IMG/VR virus record: IMGVR_UViG_3300045988_107970
Location: 1-64,000 of that record
Reading direction: 5' to 3' (one strand)
DNA: 64,000 bases
Source of the DNA: a virus
Shown: positions 48,306 to 58,501 of the stretch, in pieces
Numbering within the stretch: position 1 is the first letter of the stretch
Layout: every line of letters starts with the position of its first letter
Position numbers and translations under genes: made by a program
Notes under the pieces: generated by a model
Database searches by the model: none
The model's input: only the letters and a program-made list of their open reading frames with translations
What the model was told of the DNA's origin: nothing

Positions 48306-48479
48306 ATGAAAGCCAAAGAGCTTGCAGAAGAGCTATTGAAATATCCAGACTTTGATGTTGTTGTGCGTGTGCCTATATCTGTCGCAACCTATGACCGTCC
48401 ATATGGTGAATATGATATGCTAGATATAGATTATATTGGCGGTATTAAAGATGATGATATGGTAATAGTTCTTGAATAG
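48306..48479 (+). CDS. hypothetical small protein (57 aa, below the track cutoff)
   Basis: Own translation MKAKELAEELLKYPDFDVVVRVPISVATYDRPYGEYDM... Confidence 0.45.
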   Translation: MKAKELAEELLKYPDFDVVVRVPISVATYDRPYGEYDMLDIDYIGGIKDDDMVIVLE

Positions 48480-48491
48480 ATGAGGTTGATT

Positions 48492-48806
48492 ATGTATATC
48501 TATATTGTTCGTTGTTATGATTACGATACTATGTTTAGCGTTGGTTATTTCACGAACGAAGAAGACGCAGAGAAGTGTATGGAATATCACATGAGAACAG
48601 TGCCAAGCGACTATGAGTATATGTGTGATGCATATACCATAGAAAAATACGAACTTGATGATACTGATTATACGGCGCTCCTTAAAGGTCTTGATGAAGA
48701 TGAGAGGGTAAAGCAAAGAAAAGAGGAAGAAGAGTTTAGAAATAAGGAGCTTGCAGAACTTGCCAGACTAAAGGCAAAGTATGAAGGACAACAAGGTGAT
48801 TCGTAA
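48492..48806 (+). CDS. hypothetical protein (104 aa)
   Basis: ATG 48492 after GAGG. Confidence 0.55.
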   Translation: MYIYIVRCYDYDTMFSVGYFTNEEDAEKCMEYHMRTVPSDYEYMCDAYTIEKYELDDTDYTALLKGLDEDERVKQRKEEEEFRNKELAELARLKAKYEGQQGDS

Positions 48807-49092
48807 TAAATATGAGTTCTTGAAGTCTCTTAAAAAAGAAGAGCTTGATAATGGAACCATTAGAGTTTCAATCGAGTGCAGAGACGGCATAACAGAAAGT
48901 GTATGGGCATATCAAGATGACAATATGGATAAATCGTTTGCTATTTTGTTGAACACACCGCTTAGCTATTTCCCAGTTCTTTATTATGGGTCAGAAGTCA
49001 AGATTAAATATCGTGACAATGTAGCTATGCTCGATGCCAATTGGGTGGTAGAAGAGTGTAACCGATATGTGATTAAGCGTTCTGATATATAA
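48781..49092 (+). CDS. hypothetical protein (103 aa)
   Basis: ORF track; 26-nt overlap with the upstream ORF, so the start is uncertain. Confidence 0.5.
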   Translation: MKDNKVIRNKYEFLKSLKKEELDNGTIRVSIECRDGITESVWAYQDDNMDKSFAILLNTPLSYFPVLYYGSEVKIKYRDNVAMLDANWVVEECNRYVIKRSDI

Positions 49093-49116
49093 AATTATTG
49101 TTTTAAGGTGGTTAAT

Positions 49117-49257
49117 ATGGTAGAATTTGATGTTGATATGGAGTATCTTGCAATCAACGATGAGCTTGATTGCGTTGTGCTACATGATGAGAATGGCGTA
49201 ATGGACGATGTAGTTTTTGTTCCTGAGAAGAAGCAGGAAGAAAAACAATCAGATTAA
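49117..49257 (+). CDS. hypothetical small acidic protein (46 aa)
   Basis: Own translation MVEFDVDMEYLAINDELDCVVLHDENGVMDD...; AAGGTGG RBS. Confidence 0.4.
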   Translation: MVEFDVDMEYLAINDELDCVVLHDENGVMDDVVFVPEKKQEEKQSD

Positions 49258-49297
49258 AAATTTATCGTTCAACTGATAAAGATATATGCTATAATGT

Positions 49298-49327
49298 AGG
49301 GAGACTTTTTGATCTCCCTATTTTTTT
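49298..49327 (+). terminator. intrinsic terminator
   Basis: AGGGAGA/TCTCCCT stem, T7 run. Confidence 0.8.
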
Positions 49328-49344
49328 ATTGAGAGGGTGCATAT

Positions 49345-50121
49345 ATGCAGAAGAGTTGTAAGTATTGCGGAAAGAAGTTTGAGCCTAAAAAAGGCCATAA
49401 TAATCAAATGTATTGCTGTAAATCATGTTCGGTAAAAGATAGGCACGTAGAAGATATTGGTCTTTTTAGAGAAGAAATTGATGATTACATTAAAAAATAC
49501 GTATTAGGATTAATAATTACAGATGGATGCTTGTCAAAGAATGGCGAAAGAATTTTTATATGTATTTCATTAAAAGATTTTAAAATGATAGAACGGATTA
49601 GAGATTTGGTATGTCCAAACAAAAAGGTATATAAAGACGGTAATAACTATCAAGTAAAGTGGAGAAATGAAAATGATGTTAAATATCTTAATGACATAGG
49701 TATACATGAGAGAAAAACATTTGATGTTGTATTGCCGATGTTTAATGAAAACATGTGGCATTTAATCAGGGGTATTTTCGATGGTGATGGATGTGTTTAT
49801 TACAGTACAACGTTTGATAAAAAGATGAATAAGGAATATACATATACATATATTACTTTTACTACTGCAAGTGAAAAATTTGCTTATCAATTAAATAAAT
49901 TTTTAAATCAAAATAATATTGCGTCAAAAATTTATATTGATAAAAGAAATTCTGACAGAAAGAATTTAACGTTTTATATAAAAATATTAAAAAAAGAAAG
50001 TGTATTATTGTTTAGAAATCTCATTTATCAAGATTGTAATAATTGGTATCTAGAGAGAAAGTACAATAAATTTTATAATAAATCACCAAAGAGTATTGAA
50101 AGCAGTGATGTTTGTGCTTAA
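49345..50121 (+). CDS. free-standing LAGLIDADG homing endonuclease with N-terminal zinc ribbon
   Basis: LGLIITDGCLS and IRGIFDGDGCVY; very AT-rich; 3' end overlaps the polymerase gene. Confidence 0.75.
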   Translation: MQKSCKYCGKKFEPKKGHNNQMYCCKSCSVKDRHVEDIGLFREEIDDYIKKYVLGLIITDGCLSKNGERIFICISLKDFKMIERIRDLVCPNKKVYKDGNNYQVKWRNENDVKYLNDIGIHERKTFDVVLPMFNENMWHLIRGIFDGDGCVYYSTTFDKKMNKEYTYTYITFTTASEKFAYQLNKFLNQNNIASKIYIDKRNSDRKNLTFYIKILKKESVLLFRNLIYQDCNNWYLERKYNKFYNKSPKSIESSDVCA

Positions 50122-53100
50122 AGAGTATGAGAATTATCATAAACATGATTCAATATCAAACATTTACTTACCTGATAGCCACGTCAAACCAATCGACTAT
50201 ATTAATCGGATCAAGGAGCTTGGTTACGGTTGCTATTTCACCACAAATCATGGCACTGGCGGCGATGTATTTGAGTCTCTTACCGCATGTAAAGAAGCTG
50301 GCATTCGATGCCTGTATGGTGTAGAGGGCTATATTGTTAAAGATCCTCTTGAGAAAGACAAGCGCAACTATCATATCGTAATTATTCCTACAACCAACAA
50401 AGCTAGGAAGAAACTTAATCTTGTGACAAGCAGGTCTAATATCGAGGGGTTCTATTATCGTCCTCGTATCTTCCCAGAGGATTTGCTTAAACTCGACCCA
50501 GAGGATGTGTATATTACTACAGCATGTGTCGCTGGTATTGTTCGTGACAAAGATGCAATCGTTGATATTTTCATGCCGTTAATGAAGTATTTTGGCAATC
50601 ATATGCTTCTTGAGGTACAGAATCATAATGAGCCTAATCAAATTGCTGTGAATAAGACCTGCCTTGCTTTGTCTAAGAAGTTTGGGCTTGAGCTTATTGC
50701 AGCAAATGATAGCCACTATATCTATCCAGAACAAGCAAAAGAGCGTCTTGATTTTCTTCGTGGTAAGGGTCTTACATATGGAGATGAGGACGGATATATT
50801 CTTGATTTCCCAGATTACGACACTCTCTTTGCGCGTTTTCAAAAACAGGGTGTATTATCTGACGAGCAAATCAAGAGGGCAATAGCCAATACTCTTATCT
50901 TTCGTGAGTGCGAGGATATTGAGATTGATAAGTGTATTAAGATGCCGACTGTTTATCCAAACCTTACAGCAGATGAAAAGATTAGCGAGCTTAAAAAGCA
51001 TGTCGTTTCTAAGTTTAGAAACATCATCAAGGCAGACCATATCTCTAAAGACGAGCTTGTTGACTATAAGAGTGGTATTGCGCAAGAGATGAAGGTTATT
51101 GAGGACACAAAGGAGATCAATACAGCAGACTACTTCTTGCTCAACGAAAAGCTGGTTGACCTTGCTGTCAATAAGTATGGTGGCATTCTTACACGCACTG
51201 GACGTGGCAGCTGTGGTGGCTTTTACATCAATCGTATTCTTGGTATGACTCAGCTCGATAGATTCAAGCTAGATATCAAGCTGTATCCAGAGCGCTTTAT
51301 GAGTACGGCGCGACTTCTTGAGAACAGGGCTATGCCAGATATCGACTTCAATGTAGTATCACAGGAGCCGTTTGCCAATGCTGCCAAAGAGTTGCTTGGT
51401 GAGCATGGTTGCTATCCTATGATTGCATATGGCACGATGAAGCTTGGCGAGTCTTTCAGAAATGTTTGTCGTTCACACGGCCTTGCCTTTGATGATTATA
51501 ATGAAATCGCAAAAGACATTGAAAACCATATGAACGACAAGAAGTGGCTACCGTATATCGAAGAAGCTCAAACCTATATGGGTACAGTGGTATCAGCATC
51601 AGTACATCCTTGTGCGTTCTTGCTTGACAATAAGGATATTCGTGAAGAGTATGGCGTTGTCAAAATTGGTGATGCCATGTGCGCTATGATTACATCTGGT
51701 GAAGCAGACGAGTATAAGATGCTTAAGGATGACTTTCTGGTTGTAACTGTATATCGCATTATTTCAGATACGTTTAAACTTATTGGCAAGCCAATCATCT
51801 CAGTTAGCGAGCTACTTGATAACTTAGATAAAAAGGTATGGGACATCTTTGCAAGTGGTCTTACGTGTACTCTTAATCAGGCGGATGGTGATTGGGCTAC
51901 GTCTATGTTAAAGCAGTTCAAGCCACATTCTGTGTCTGATATGGCTATGTTCACAGCTTGCTTACGTCCATTCTTTGAACCTTGGCGAGACAAATTTATT
52001 AACAGAGAGGATTTTACTACTGGCTCTTCTTATCTTGATGAAGTGCTTACGTCAACTCACTCATATATTCTCTTTCAAGAGAATCTGATGCAATATTTTG
52101 AGTGGCTTGGCGTAACGCCTGCTGAGTCTATTGGTCTAATCAAGAAAATTTCCAAGAAGAAGATTCATCCAGAGGACTTCAAGAATCTTGAAGAGAGGAT
52201 CAAAGCAAAGTGGATTGAAAATACTGGATCGCTTGATGACTTTGAAGAGACTTGGCAAATGGTTCAAAGCTGTATGAGCTATGGCTTTTGTAGCGCACAC
52301 GCAGTTGCAACTGGTATTGATTGCCTGTATGGAGCATATCTAAAGGCAAACTATCCACTAGAGTATTACACTTGCACTTTATCTTTATACGCCGATGATA
52401 TTGAAAGAACTTCAAAGCTAATCGCAGAGATGCCTTATTTCAATATCAAGCTGTTGCCAATTCAGTTCGGTAAGTCTGGTGCCGATTACACAATGGACAA
52501 GGATGCTAATTGCATATATAAGGGTATTGAGTCTATCAAATTCTGTAATCGTCAAATCGCAGATGAACTACTTGAGCTATCTAAGAACAAGTATGATTCG
52601 TTTACGGAGCTGCTGAAAGACATTAAAGATAAGACATCTATTAACTCTAGACAGCTGACCATCCTTATCAGTCTTAATTTCTTTTCAGACTTTGGTAAGA
52701 ATAGGTATCTGTTAGATGTTGTTGATATCTATGATAAGTTTGCCAACTCAAAAATCATTGCCAAAAAGAAGATGGAGGAGCTTGGCGTATCTGATTATCT
52801 GATGCAAAAGTATGCTGGCAAGGAGACGAAATCACAGTGGAGACAGCTCGATAACCAAGGATTAATCAATGAGCTTTGTAATAGACTTGAGAATAAATCT
52901 CTTGATATTGTTTCTCAAGTAAGAGCGGAGATGGATTATCTTGGCTATGTGAATTATGTTAACTCCAATATGGCAGACGATTATTATATTGTCACTGGCT
53001 TTGTGACATACAAGAATCCCTGCACTCCCAATCTTGTTTTGCGTAGAATTTGTGACGGCGAAGAGATAGGGTGTAGAATTAAGCAGTCAAAGGTGTTCAA

Positions 53101-53242
53101 GGAGACTCCATTTGGCATGTATTCTATCTTGAAGATTGAAGGATTTACATACGACTTCAAGAGCAAGAAGATTAATGGCGAATGGCAAAAGTCAGATGAG
53201 CGCGAGATTGTACTCGAAAACTATGAATGTATGAAAGGGTAG
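50108..53242 (+). CDS. dnaE: DNA polymerase III alpha subunit (DnaE-like, N-terminal PHP domain)
   Basis: PHP start YENYHKHDSISN...FTTNHGTGG; about 1045 aa; polymerase core region PDIDFN. Confidence 0.85.
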   Translation: MFVLKEYENYHKHDSISNIYLPDSHVKPIDYINRIKELGYGCYFTTNHGTGGDVFESLTACKEAGIRCLYGVEGYIVKDPLEKDKRNYHIVIIPTTNKARKKLNLVTSRSNIEGFYYRPRIFPEDLLKLDPEDVYITTACVAGIVRDKDAIVDIFMPLMKYFGNHMLLEVQNHNEPNQIAVNKTCLALSKKFGLELIAANDSHYIYPEQAKERLDFLRGKGLTYGDEDGYILDFPDYDTLFARFQKQGVLSDEQIKRAIANTLIFRECEDIEIDKCIKMPTVYPNLTADEKISELKKHVVSKFRNIIKADHISKDELVDYKSGIAQEMKVIEDTKEINTADYFLLNEKLVDLAVNKYGGILTRTGRGSCGGFYINRILGMTQLDRFKLDIKLYPERFMSTARLLENRAMPDIDFNVVSQEPFANAAKELLGEHGCYPMIAYGTMKLGESFRNVCRSHGLAFDDYNEIAKDIENHMNDKKWLPYIEEAQTYMGTVVSASVHPCAFLLDNKDIREEYGVVKIGDAMCAMITSGEADEYKMLKDDFLVVTVYRIISDTFKLIGKPIISVSELLDNLDKKVWDIFASGLTCTLNQADGDWATSMLKQFKPHSVSDMAMFTACLRPFFEPWRDKFINREDFTTGSSYLDEVLTSTHSYILFQENLMQYFEWLGVTPAESIGLIKKISKKKIHPEDFKNLEERIKAKWIENTGSLDDFEETWQMVQSCMSYGFCSAHAVATGIDCLYGAYLKANYPLEYYTCTLSLYADDIERTSKLIAEMPYFNIKLLPIQFGKSGADYTMDKDANCIYKGIESIKFCNRQIADELLELSKNKYDSFTELLKDIKDKTSINSRQLTILISLNFFSDFGKNRYLLDVVDIYDKFANSKIIAKKKMEELGVSDYLMQKYAGKETKSQWRQLDNQGLINELCNRLENKSLDIVSQVRAEMDYLGYVNYVNSNMADDYYIVTGFVTYKNPCTPNLVLRRICDGEEIGCRIKQSKVFKETPFGMYSILKIEGFTYDFKSKKINGEWQKSDEREIVLENYECMKG

Positions 53243-53247
53243 ACACA

Positions 53248-55494
53248 ATGGATAACAATCAGGTAGAGTTCAAAGGCACTGTTGTTAAATGTGTCTACTC
53301 TTCTCCTAATTTCAAAACATATGCTCTTGATGTAGACGATGTTTCATATCCTAACATCAAGCACAATAAGTTTGACAACGTTTCCCTTATCGGTGATTTG
53401 TCAGACCTTGTTATTGGTATTGAATACGATGTTGTTGCCACAGAAGAGCAGACAAAATATGGCATAAGCTATCGTGGTGTAAATGTACGTAGGGATATGC
53501 CTACAAAAACGTCAGATGTTAAGGCATTTTTACAAGAGATTCTTACTATGAATCAGGCAGAAGTTCTTTATGAGAACTATCCTGATATCATCGATATCGT
53601 CATGGAAGGTAAGGATGATATCGTAGATGTCGATAAGCTCTATGGCATTGGTAAAAAGACATTTGAGAGAATCAAAGAAAAGATTATCGAGAACTTTAAG
53701 CTTGTTGACATTGTGGCAGAGTTTAAGGGCGCTATTTCACTTAGTATGATTAAGCGCATTTATGATAAATACAATGACGTTGATGTACTAATGGAGCGTC
53801 TTAAGGATGCGCCATATGCTACGCTTACTCGCGTCAGCGGTGTGGGCTATAAGATTGCCGATTCCATCATCCTTAATCTGCAAAAAGAGGGCGTTATTGA
53901 TTTTGGGTACGATGTAAAAACTAGTAAAGATAGGTGTCTTGCCTGCATTATCTATTTGCTTAAAGAGAACGAGAATGAAGGCAACACGAAGATGAATCTT
54001 GCGGACTTGCGCCAGCAATGCTATGACATGGTTCAATCTTGTGCAGACCATTTCGTCAACGCCATTCAGGATGATGCTATTTACTATGATAAGTACACTA
54101 TGTCTATCGCTCTCTCAAGTACGTTTAAGAAAGAAAAACATATTGCATATATGATTATGAACAATATATTTAATCCAAATAACGTTTGGGATTTTGATGT
54201 AGAGAAGTACGGCAAAGTTGGTGAATTCGAGCTGTCCGATGAGCAGATTATGGCTGTTGAATACTTATGTAAATACAACATCAGTATTCTTAACGGCGCA
54301 GGAGGTACTGGCAAAAGCTTTTCAACGCAAGCCATTATCAATATGCTTGAAGACAATGGAAAGAAGTATAAACTATTTTCACCAACTGGTAAGGCAGCTA
54401 AGGTCTTATCTGGATTCACAGGAAGAAAAGCTTCTACTATTCACAGGGGTCTTGGGTATAATCCACGAGTCGGTTGGTCTTATAACCAAGATTGCAAGCT
54501 TTGTTGCGATGTTGTCGTAGTCGATGAGTGTTCGATGGTTGACGTTAATTTGTTCGCACATCTTATTGATGCTATCGACTTTAATAGCACAAAGCTTATG
54601 CTGATTGGTGATAATGCACAGCTACCCTCTGTTGGATGCGGTAATTTGTTCCATGATTTTATGCAGAGCGATGTTATCCCAACAACGACATTGACTAAAG
54701 TGTTTCGTTATGGGGAAGGCGGTGTATCCACTGTTGCGACAGACACGCGATTCTGTAAGACATATCTTGATGCAAGTATGAAAAACAAAGCTACTTGGTT
54801 TGGAACAAGTAAAGATTATGTGTTCATTGATTTTGCAAAAGAAGATGTCCCTAAAAATGCAGTTGCGCTATACAAAAAGCTATTGAAAAACGGCGAACAC
54901 ATGGAAGACATTCAGGTTCTTACGGCTAAGAACATAGGAGAATACGGTACAGCAAAACTTAACAACATGATTCAAAAGGCTGTTAATAAAAACTATGGCA
55001 CTAAAAAATATATGAAGGTGGGAGATGTACAATATTATGATGATGACATAGTTGTACAAAAACAAAACAACTATAGTGCCTTAATATGTGATGAACATGG
55101 AACGATAAATGAAAAAGAGGGAACTGCGTTCGTTGCAAATGGCGAAACCGCACGTATCGTATATGTATGCGCTACATATGCCGTGCTTGATTTTGATGGT
55201 ATCATTGTTAAGTATTCTAAGTATGATATGACTATGGTGGGACTTGCATATGCCATGACAATCCACAAGTCACAGGGCAGTAGCATCAAAAACGTCATCC
55301 TTTGCACGACAAAGAGCGATATCTTTATGCTCAATAGCAACTTGCTCTATGTTGGTGTAAGCCGTACAAAAAATCGCTGTTATCATCTAGGCTCTATTGA
55401 TGCCGTCAATATGGCGGTTAAAAAGAAAGCCAATCTATCAAGGCAGACATTCATGCAAGAATTGATGAAGTCAATGGAGTATATGCAAGGATAG
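53248..55494 (+). CDS. RecD-like SF1 DNA helicase
   Basis: Walker A GAGGTGKSF; Walker B VVVDECSMV; late motif AMTIHKSQGSS; N-terminal HhH-like region. Confidence 0.8.
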   Translation: MDNNQVEFKGTVVKCVYSSPNFKTYALDVDDVSYPNIKHNKFDNVSLIGDLSDLVIGIEYDVVATEEQTKYGISYRGVNVRRDMPTKTSDVKAFLQEILTMNQAEVLYENYPDIIDIVMEGKDDIVDVDKLYGIGKKTFERIKEKIIENFKLVDIVAEFKGAISLSMIKRIYDKYNDVDVLMERLKDAPYATLTRVSGVGYKIADSIILNLQKEGVIDFGYDVKTSKDRCLACIIYLLKENENEGNTKMNLADLRQQCYDMVQSCADHFVNAIQDDAIYYDKYTMSIALSSTFKKEKHIAYMIMNNIFNPNNVWDFDVEKYGKVGEFELSDEQIMAVEYLCKYNISILNGAGGTGKSFSTQAIINMLEDNGKKYKLFSPTGKAAKVLSGFTGRKASTIHRGLGYNPRVGWSYNQDCKLCCDVVVVDECSMVDVNLFAHLIDAIDFNSTKLMLIGDNAQLPSVGCGNLFHDFMQSDVIPTTTLTKVFRYGEGGVSTVATDTRFCKTYLDASMKNKATWFGTSKDYVFIDFAKEDVPKNAVALYKKLLKNGEHMEDIQVLTAKNIGEYGTAKLNNMIQKAVNKNYGTKKYMKVGDVQYYDDDIVVQKQNNYSALICDEHGTINEKEGTAFVANGETARIVYVCATYAVLDFDGIIVKYSKYDMTMVGLAYAMTIHKSQGSSIKNVILCTTKSDIFMLNSNLLYVGVSRTKNRCYHLGSIDAVNMAVKKKANLSRQTFMQELMKSMEYMQG

Positions 55495-55553
55495 ATTGAC
55501 ATAAAACCTACACAATATTAATAGGAGTTTGTGGTATTATATATACTGCAAAC

Positions 55554-55569
55554 TCCTAATGTTATATGC
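55554..55569 (+). promoter_or_regulatory. middle-region promoter-like motif
   Basis: CTCCTAATGTTATATGC; overlaps the 3' arm of a 9-bp hairpin (55523-55557). Confidence 0.55.
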
Positions 55570-55584
55570 AAAGAGGTGATTGGA

Positions 55585-56235
55585 TTGAAGAATAAAGATA
55601 TTCTAGTGTCTATTGGTGTGTTGGGTATATTTGCGGTTCTTTTGTTTAGCATTTTGTATTTCGTGTTTCAACCAGTTCATAGTGACAATGATGGCAAGGA
55701 TAGCGATGATACAAGTGTTGTAATTATTAAAGACAAAGAGAAAGCAGAAGAGTCTGATGATGAATACGCTGATTTAACTGCAAAATATGTAAGCTACGAG
55801 ACTTATGATGCTCCTAAGAATAGTGGATTTAAATCTTTTATGGATTATAGAACGATAACTAATACCGATTCTAAACAGTACAGGCTACAACAGCATTATG
55901 CTGAGACTGGCGAATACGGTATTAGGATGGCTGATAGCAGATATATCGTGGCTATCGGTACATATTTTACATCTGATGTTGGTCAGTATTTTGATATTAT
56001 ACTTGAAAATGGTACTGTTATCCCGTGTATTTTGGGAGATCAAAAGGCTGATGTAGATACCGATTCAGATAATATCATCACAAAGCACAATGGATGTATG
56101 AGTGAATTTATCGTTGATTCAGATGCGCTGAATGAGGATATTAAGTTCCACGGTGACATGTCTTACTGTTTAAAAGATTGGGACAGTCCTATTAAAACTA
56201 TCAAGGTATACAACAGAAATATTTTTGAATATTAA
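55585..56235 (+). CDS. membrane-anchored protein, possible 3D/DPBB-like C-terminal domain (weak)
   Basis: TTG 55585 after AGAGGTG; TM helix ILVSIGVLGIFAVLLFSILYFVF; function call tentative. Confidence 0.5.
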   Translation: MKNKDILVSIGVLGIFAVLLFSILYFVFQPVHSDNDGKDSDDTSVVIIKDKEKAEESDDEYADLTAKYVSYETYDAPKNSGFKSFMDYRTITNTDSKQYRLQQHYAETGEYGIRMADSRYIVAIGTYFTSDVGQYFDIILENGTVIPCILGDQKADVDTDSDNIITKHNGCMSEFIVDSDALNEDIKFHGDMSYCLKDWDSPIKTIKVYNRNIFEY

Positions 56236-56293
56236 TTTATATTCTTATGTATATTAGTGGCTAAATGCTGTATAATATTTAATTGTATCAAAT

Positions 56294-56305
56294 AAAGTTA
56301 TATGC
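56294..56305 (+). promoter_or_regulatory. middle-region promoter-like motif (shorter variant)
   Basis: AAAGTTATATGC upstream of nrdD. Confidence 0.5.
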
Positions 56306-56320
56306 TTTAATTAGGAGGTA

Positions 56321-58501
56321 ATGCGTATGATGTTTGTTATTAAGCGAAATGGACGAGAAGACGCTTTTGACAAGAACAAGATTTCAAACGCTATTAAGAA
56401 AGCATTTATTGAAGTTGATGGCGATGTTACCGAGGACGCAAATAAAATTGCAAATAAGATTTCAAATGAAATCGCAAATATCAAGAAAGAGAAAATGTCC
56501 GTTGAGGATATTCAAGACATGGTTGTGAACAAGCTTATGTCAACCTCGCGCAAAGATGTGGCTTCTCATTACGTTGAGTACCGTTATAAGCGTAAGATTA
56601 TTCGTGAGGTCAATACAACAGATGAAACAATTATGGAGCTGCTAAGCGGAGACAGCGATTATTGGAATAACGAAAACTCAAATAAGAATGCTAGTCTTGT
56701 CACCACTCAACGAGATTATATGGCTGGCGTTGTAAGTGAAGATATCTCCAAGCGCTTTTTGCTACCAGAGGATGTTGTTGAAGCTCATGAAGCTGGCATC
56801 ATTCATTTTCATGACATTGATTATTTTGGGCAGAATGCTCTCAGTAATTGCTGCCTAATTAACCTAGAAGACATGCTTCAGAATGGCACTGTTATCTCTA
56901 ATGTTATGATTGAGAAGCCGCATAGCTTTGCCACCGCTTGCAATATCGCCACTCAGATTATTGCTCAGGTTGCATCAAGTCAGTATGGTGGACAGACAAT
57001 TAGCCTTACACATCTTGCTCCTTTTGTTGACGTGAGCCGACAGAAGATTAAGAAGCAGGCGATGGATACATATGTTGAGTTTGTCGGACATGAGCCTAAG
57101 ACAGATGACGAGATTGCCAATTACAATGATATTGTCGAGTCTATGGTGAAGGACGAGATTAAGCGCGGCGTTCAGACTATTCAGTATCAAGTTGTAACAC
57201 TTATGACAACCAATGGACAGGCTCCATTCCTTTCTGTGAACATGTATCTTAACGAAGCAAAAGATGAGCAAACTAAGAACGACCTTGCTCTAGTTATTGA
57301 AGAGGTTCTTAATCAGCGCATTCAGGGCGTTAAGAATGAGAAGGGCGTATGGGTAACGCCTGCATTCCCGAAGCTGCTTTATGTCCTTGAGGATGATAAT
57401 ATCCATGAGGGCGATAAGTATTTCTATCTCACTAAGCTTGCTGCCAAGTGTACCGCAAAGCGTATGGTGCCTGATTATATTTCTGAAAAGAAGATGAAGG
57501 AATATAAGCTATCTAAGGGCGAAGAGGTTGGAAATGGGGATTGTTATCCTTGTATGGGGTGCCGCTCGTTCCTTACCCCAGACCGTAGTGGTAATGGATA
57601 TGATAACATTGCAAAGGCTAAGAACTATGATGGCAAGCCGAAGTATTATGGTCGCCTAAATCAAGGTGTTGTGACAATCAACCTTCCTGATGTTGCACTA
57701 TCGTCTGGCGGCGACTTTGATAAGTTCTGGAAGCTTTTTGATGAGCGCACTGAACTTTGTCACAAGGCGCTACAGGCACGTCATAATAGGCTCATGGGTA
57801 CTCCATCTGATGTAGCACCTATCCTTTGGCAGCATGGCGCTTTTGCTCGCTTGGACAAGGGTGAAAAGATTGACAAGCTTCTTTACAATGGATATTCAAC
57901 AATTTCACTTGGATACGCTGGTCTTTATGAGTGTGTAAAGTATATGACTGGTCATAGCCATACAGATGGTGATATTGGTGAGAAGTTTGGACTTGAGGTA
58001 ATGCAGGCTCTTACCGATAAGTGCAATCAATGGAAGGAAGCAGAGAACATTGATTACAGTCCATACGGTAGCCCAATTGAATCTACCACATACAAATTTG
58101 CAAAGTGTTTAAAGAAGCGCTTTGGTGTAATCGAGGGTATCACTGATAAGGATTATATTACCAACTCTTATCATGTTAATGTTACTGAACACATCGATGC
58201 GTTTAGCAAGCTTGCTATCGAGTCTAAGTTCCAGAAGCTTTCTCAGGGCGGTGCCATTAGCTATGTTGAGGTGCCAAATCTAACAAACAATATCGATGCA
58301 GTGATTCAGATTATTCAGTTTATCTATGACAATATTATGTATGCTGAGCTGAATACAAAGAGCGATTATTGTATGGTGTGCGGTTGGGACAAGGAGATCC
58401 TTATTGTAGAGGATAAGGATACTGGCGAGCTTGTTTGGGAATGCCCCAACTGTGGCAACCGCGACCATGATAAAATGAGCGTGGCACGCAGAACTTGTGG
58501 T
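56321..58501 (+). CDS. nrdD: anaerobic ribonucleoside-triphosphate reductase, exon 1
   Basis: ATP-cone N-terminus; zinc ribbon CMVCGW...CPNCGN. The frame ends in ...ARRTCG, then runs into intron sequence (QN*). ATG 56327 has better SD spacing. Confidence 0.85.

Noticed and set aside
49345-50121. LAGLIDADG ORF as part of a group I intron splitting the polymerase gene
   Set aside because: The Pol III alpha PHP domain appears complete from about residue 5 of the downstream ORF. No polymerase-like exon is seen upstream of 49345, and a terminator (49298-49327) precedes the HE gene.
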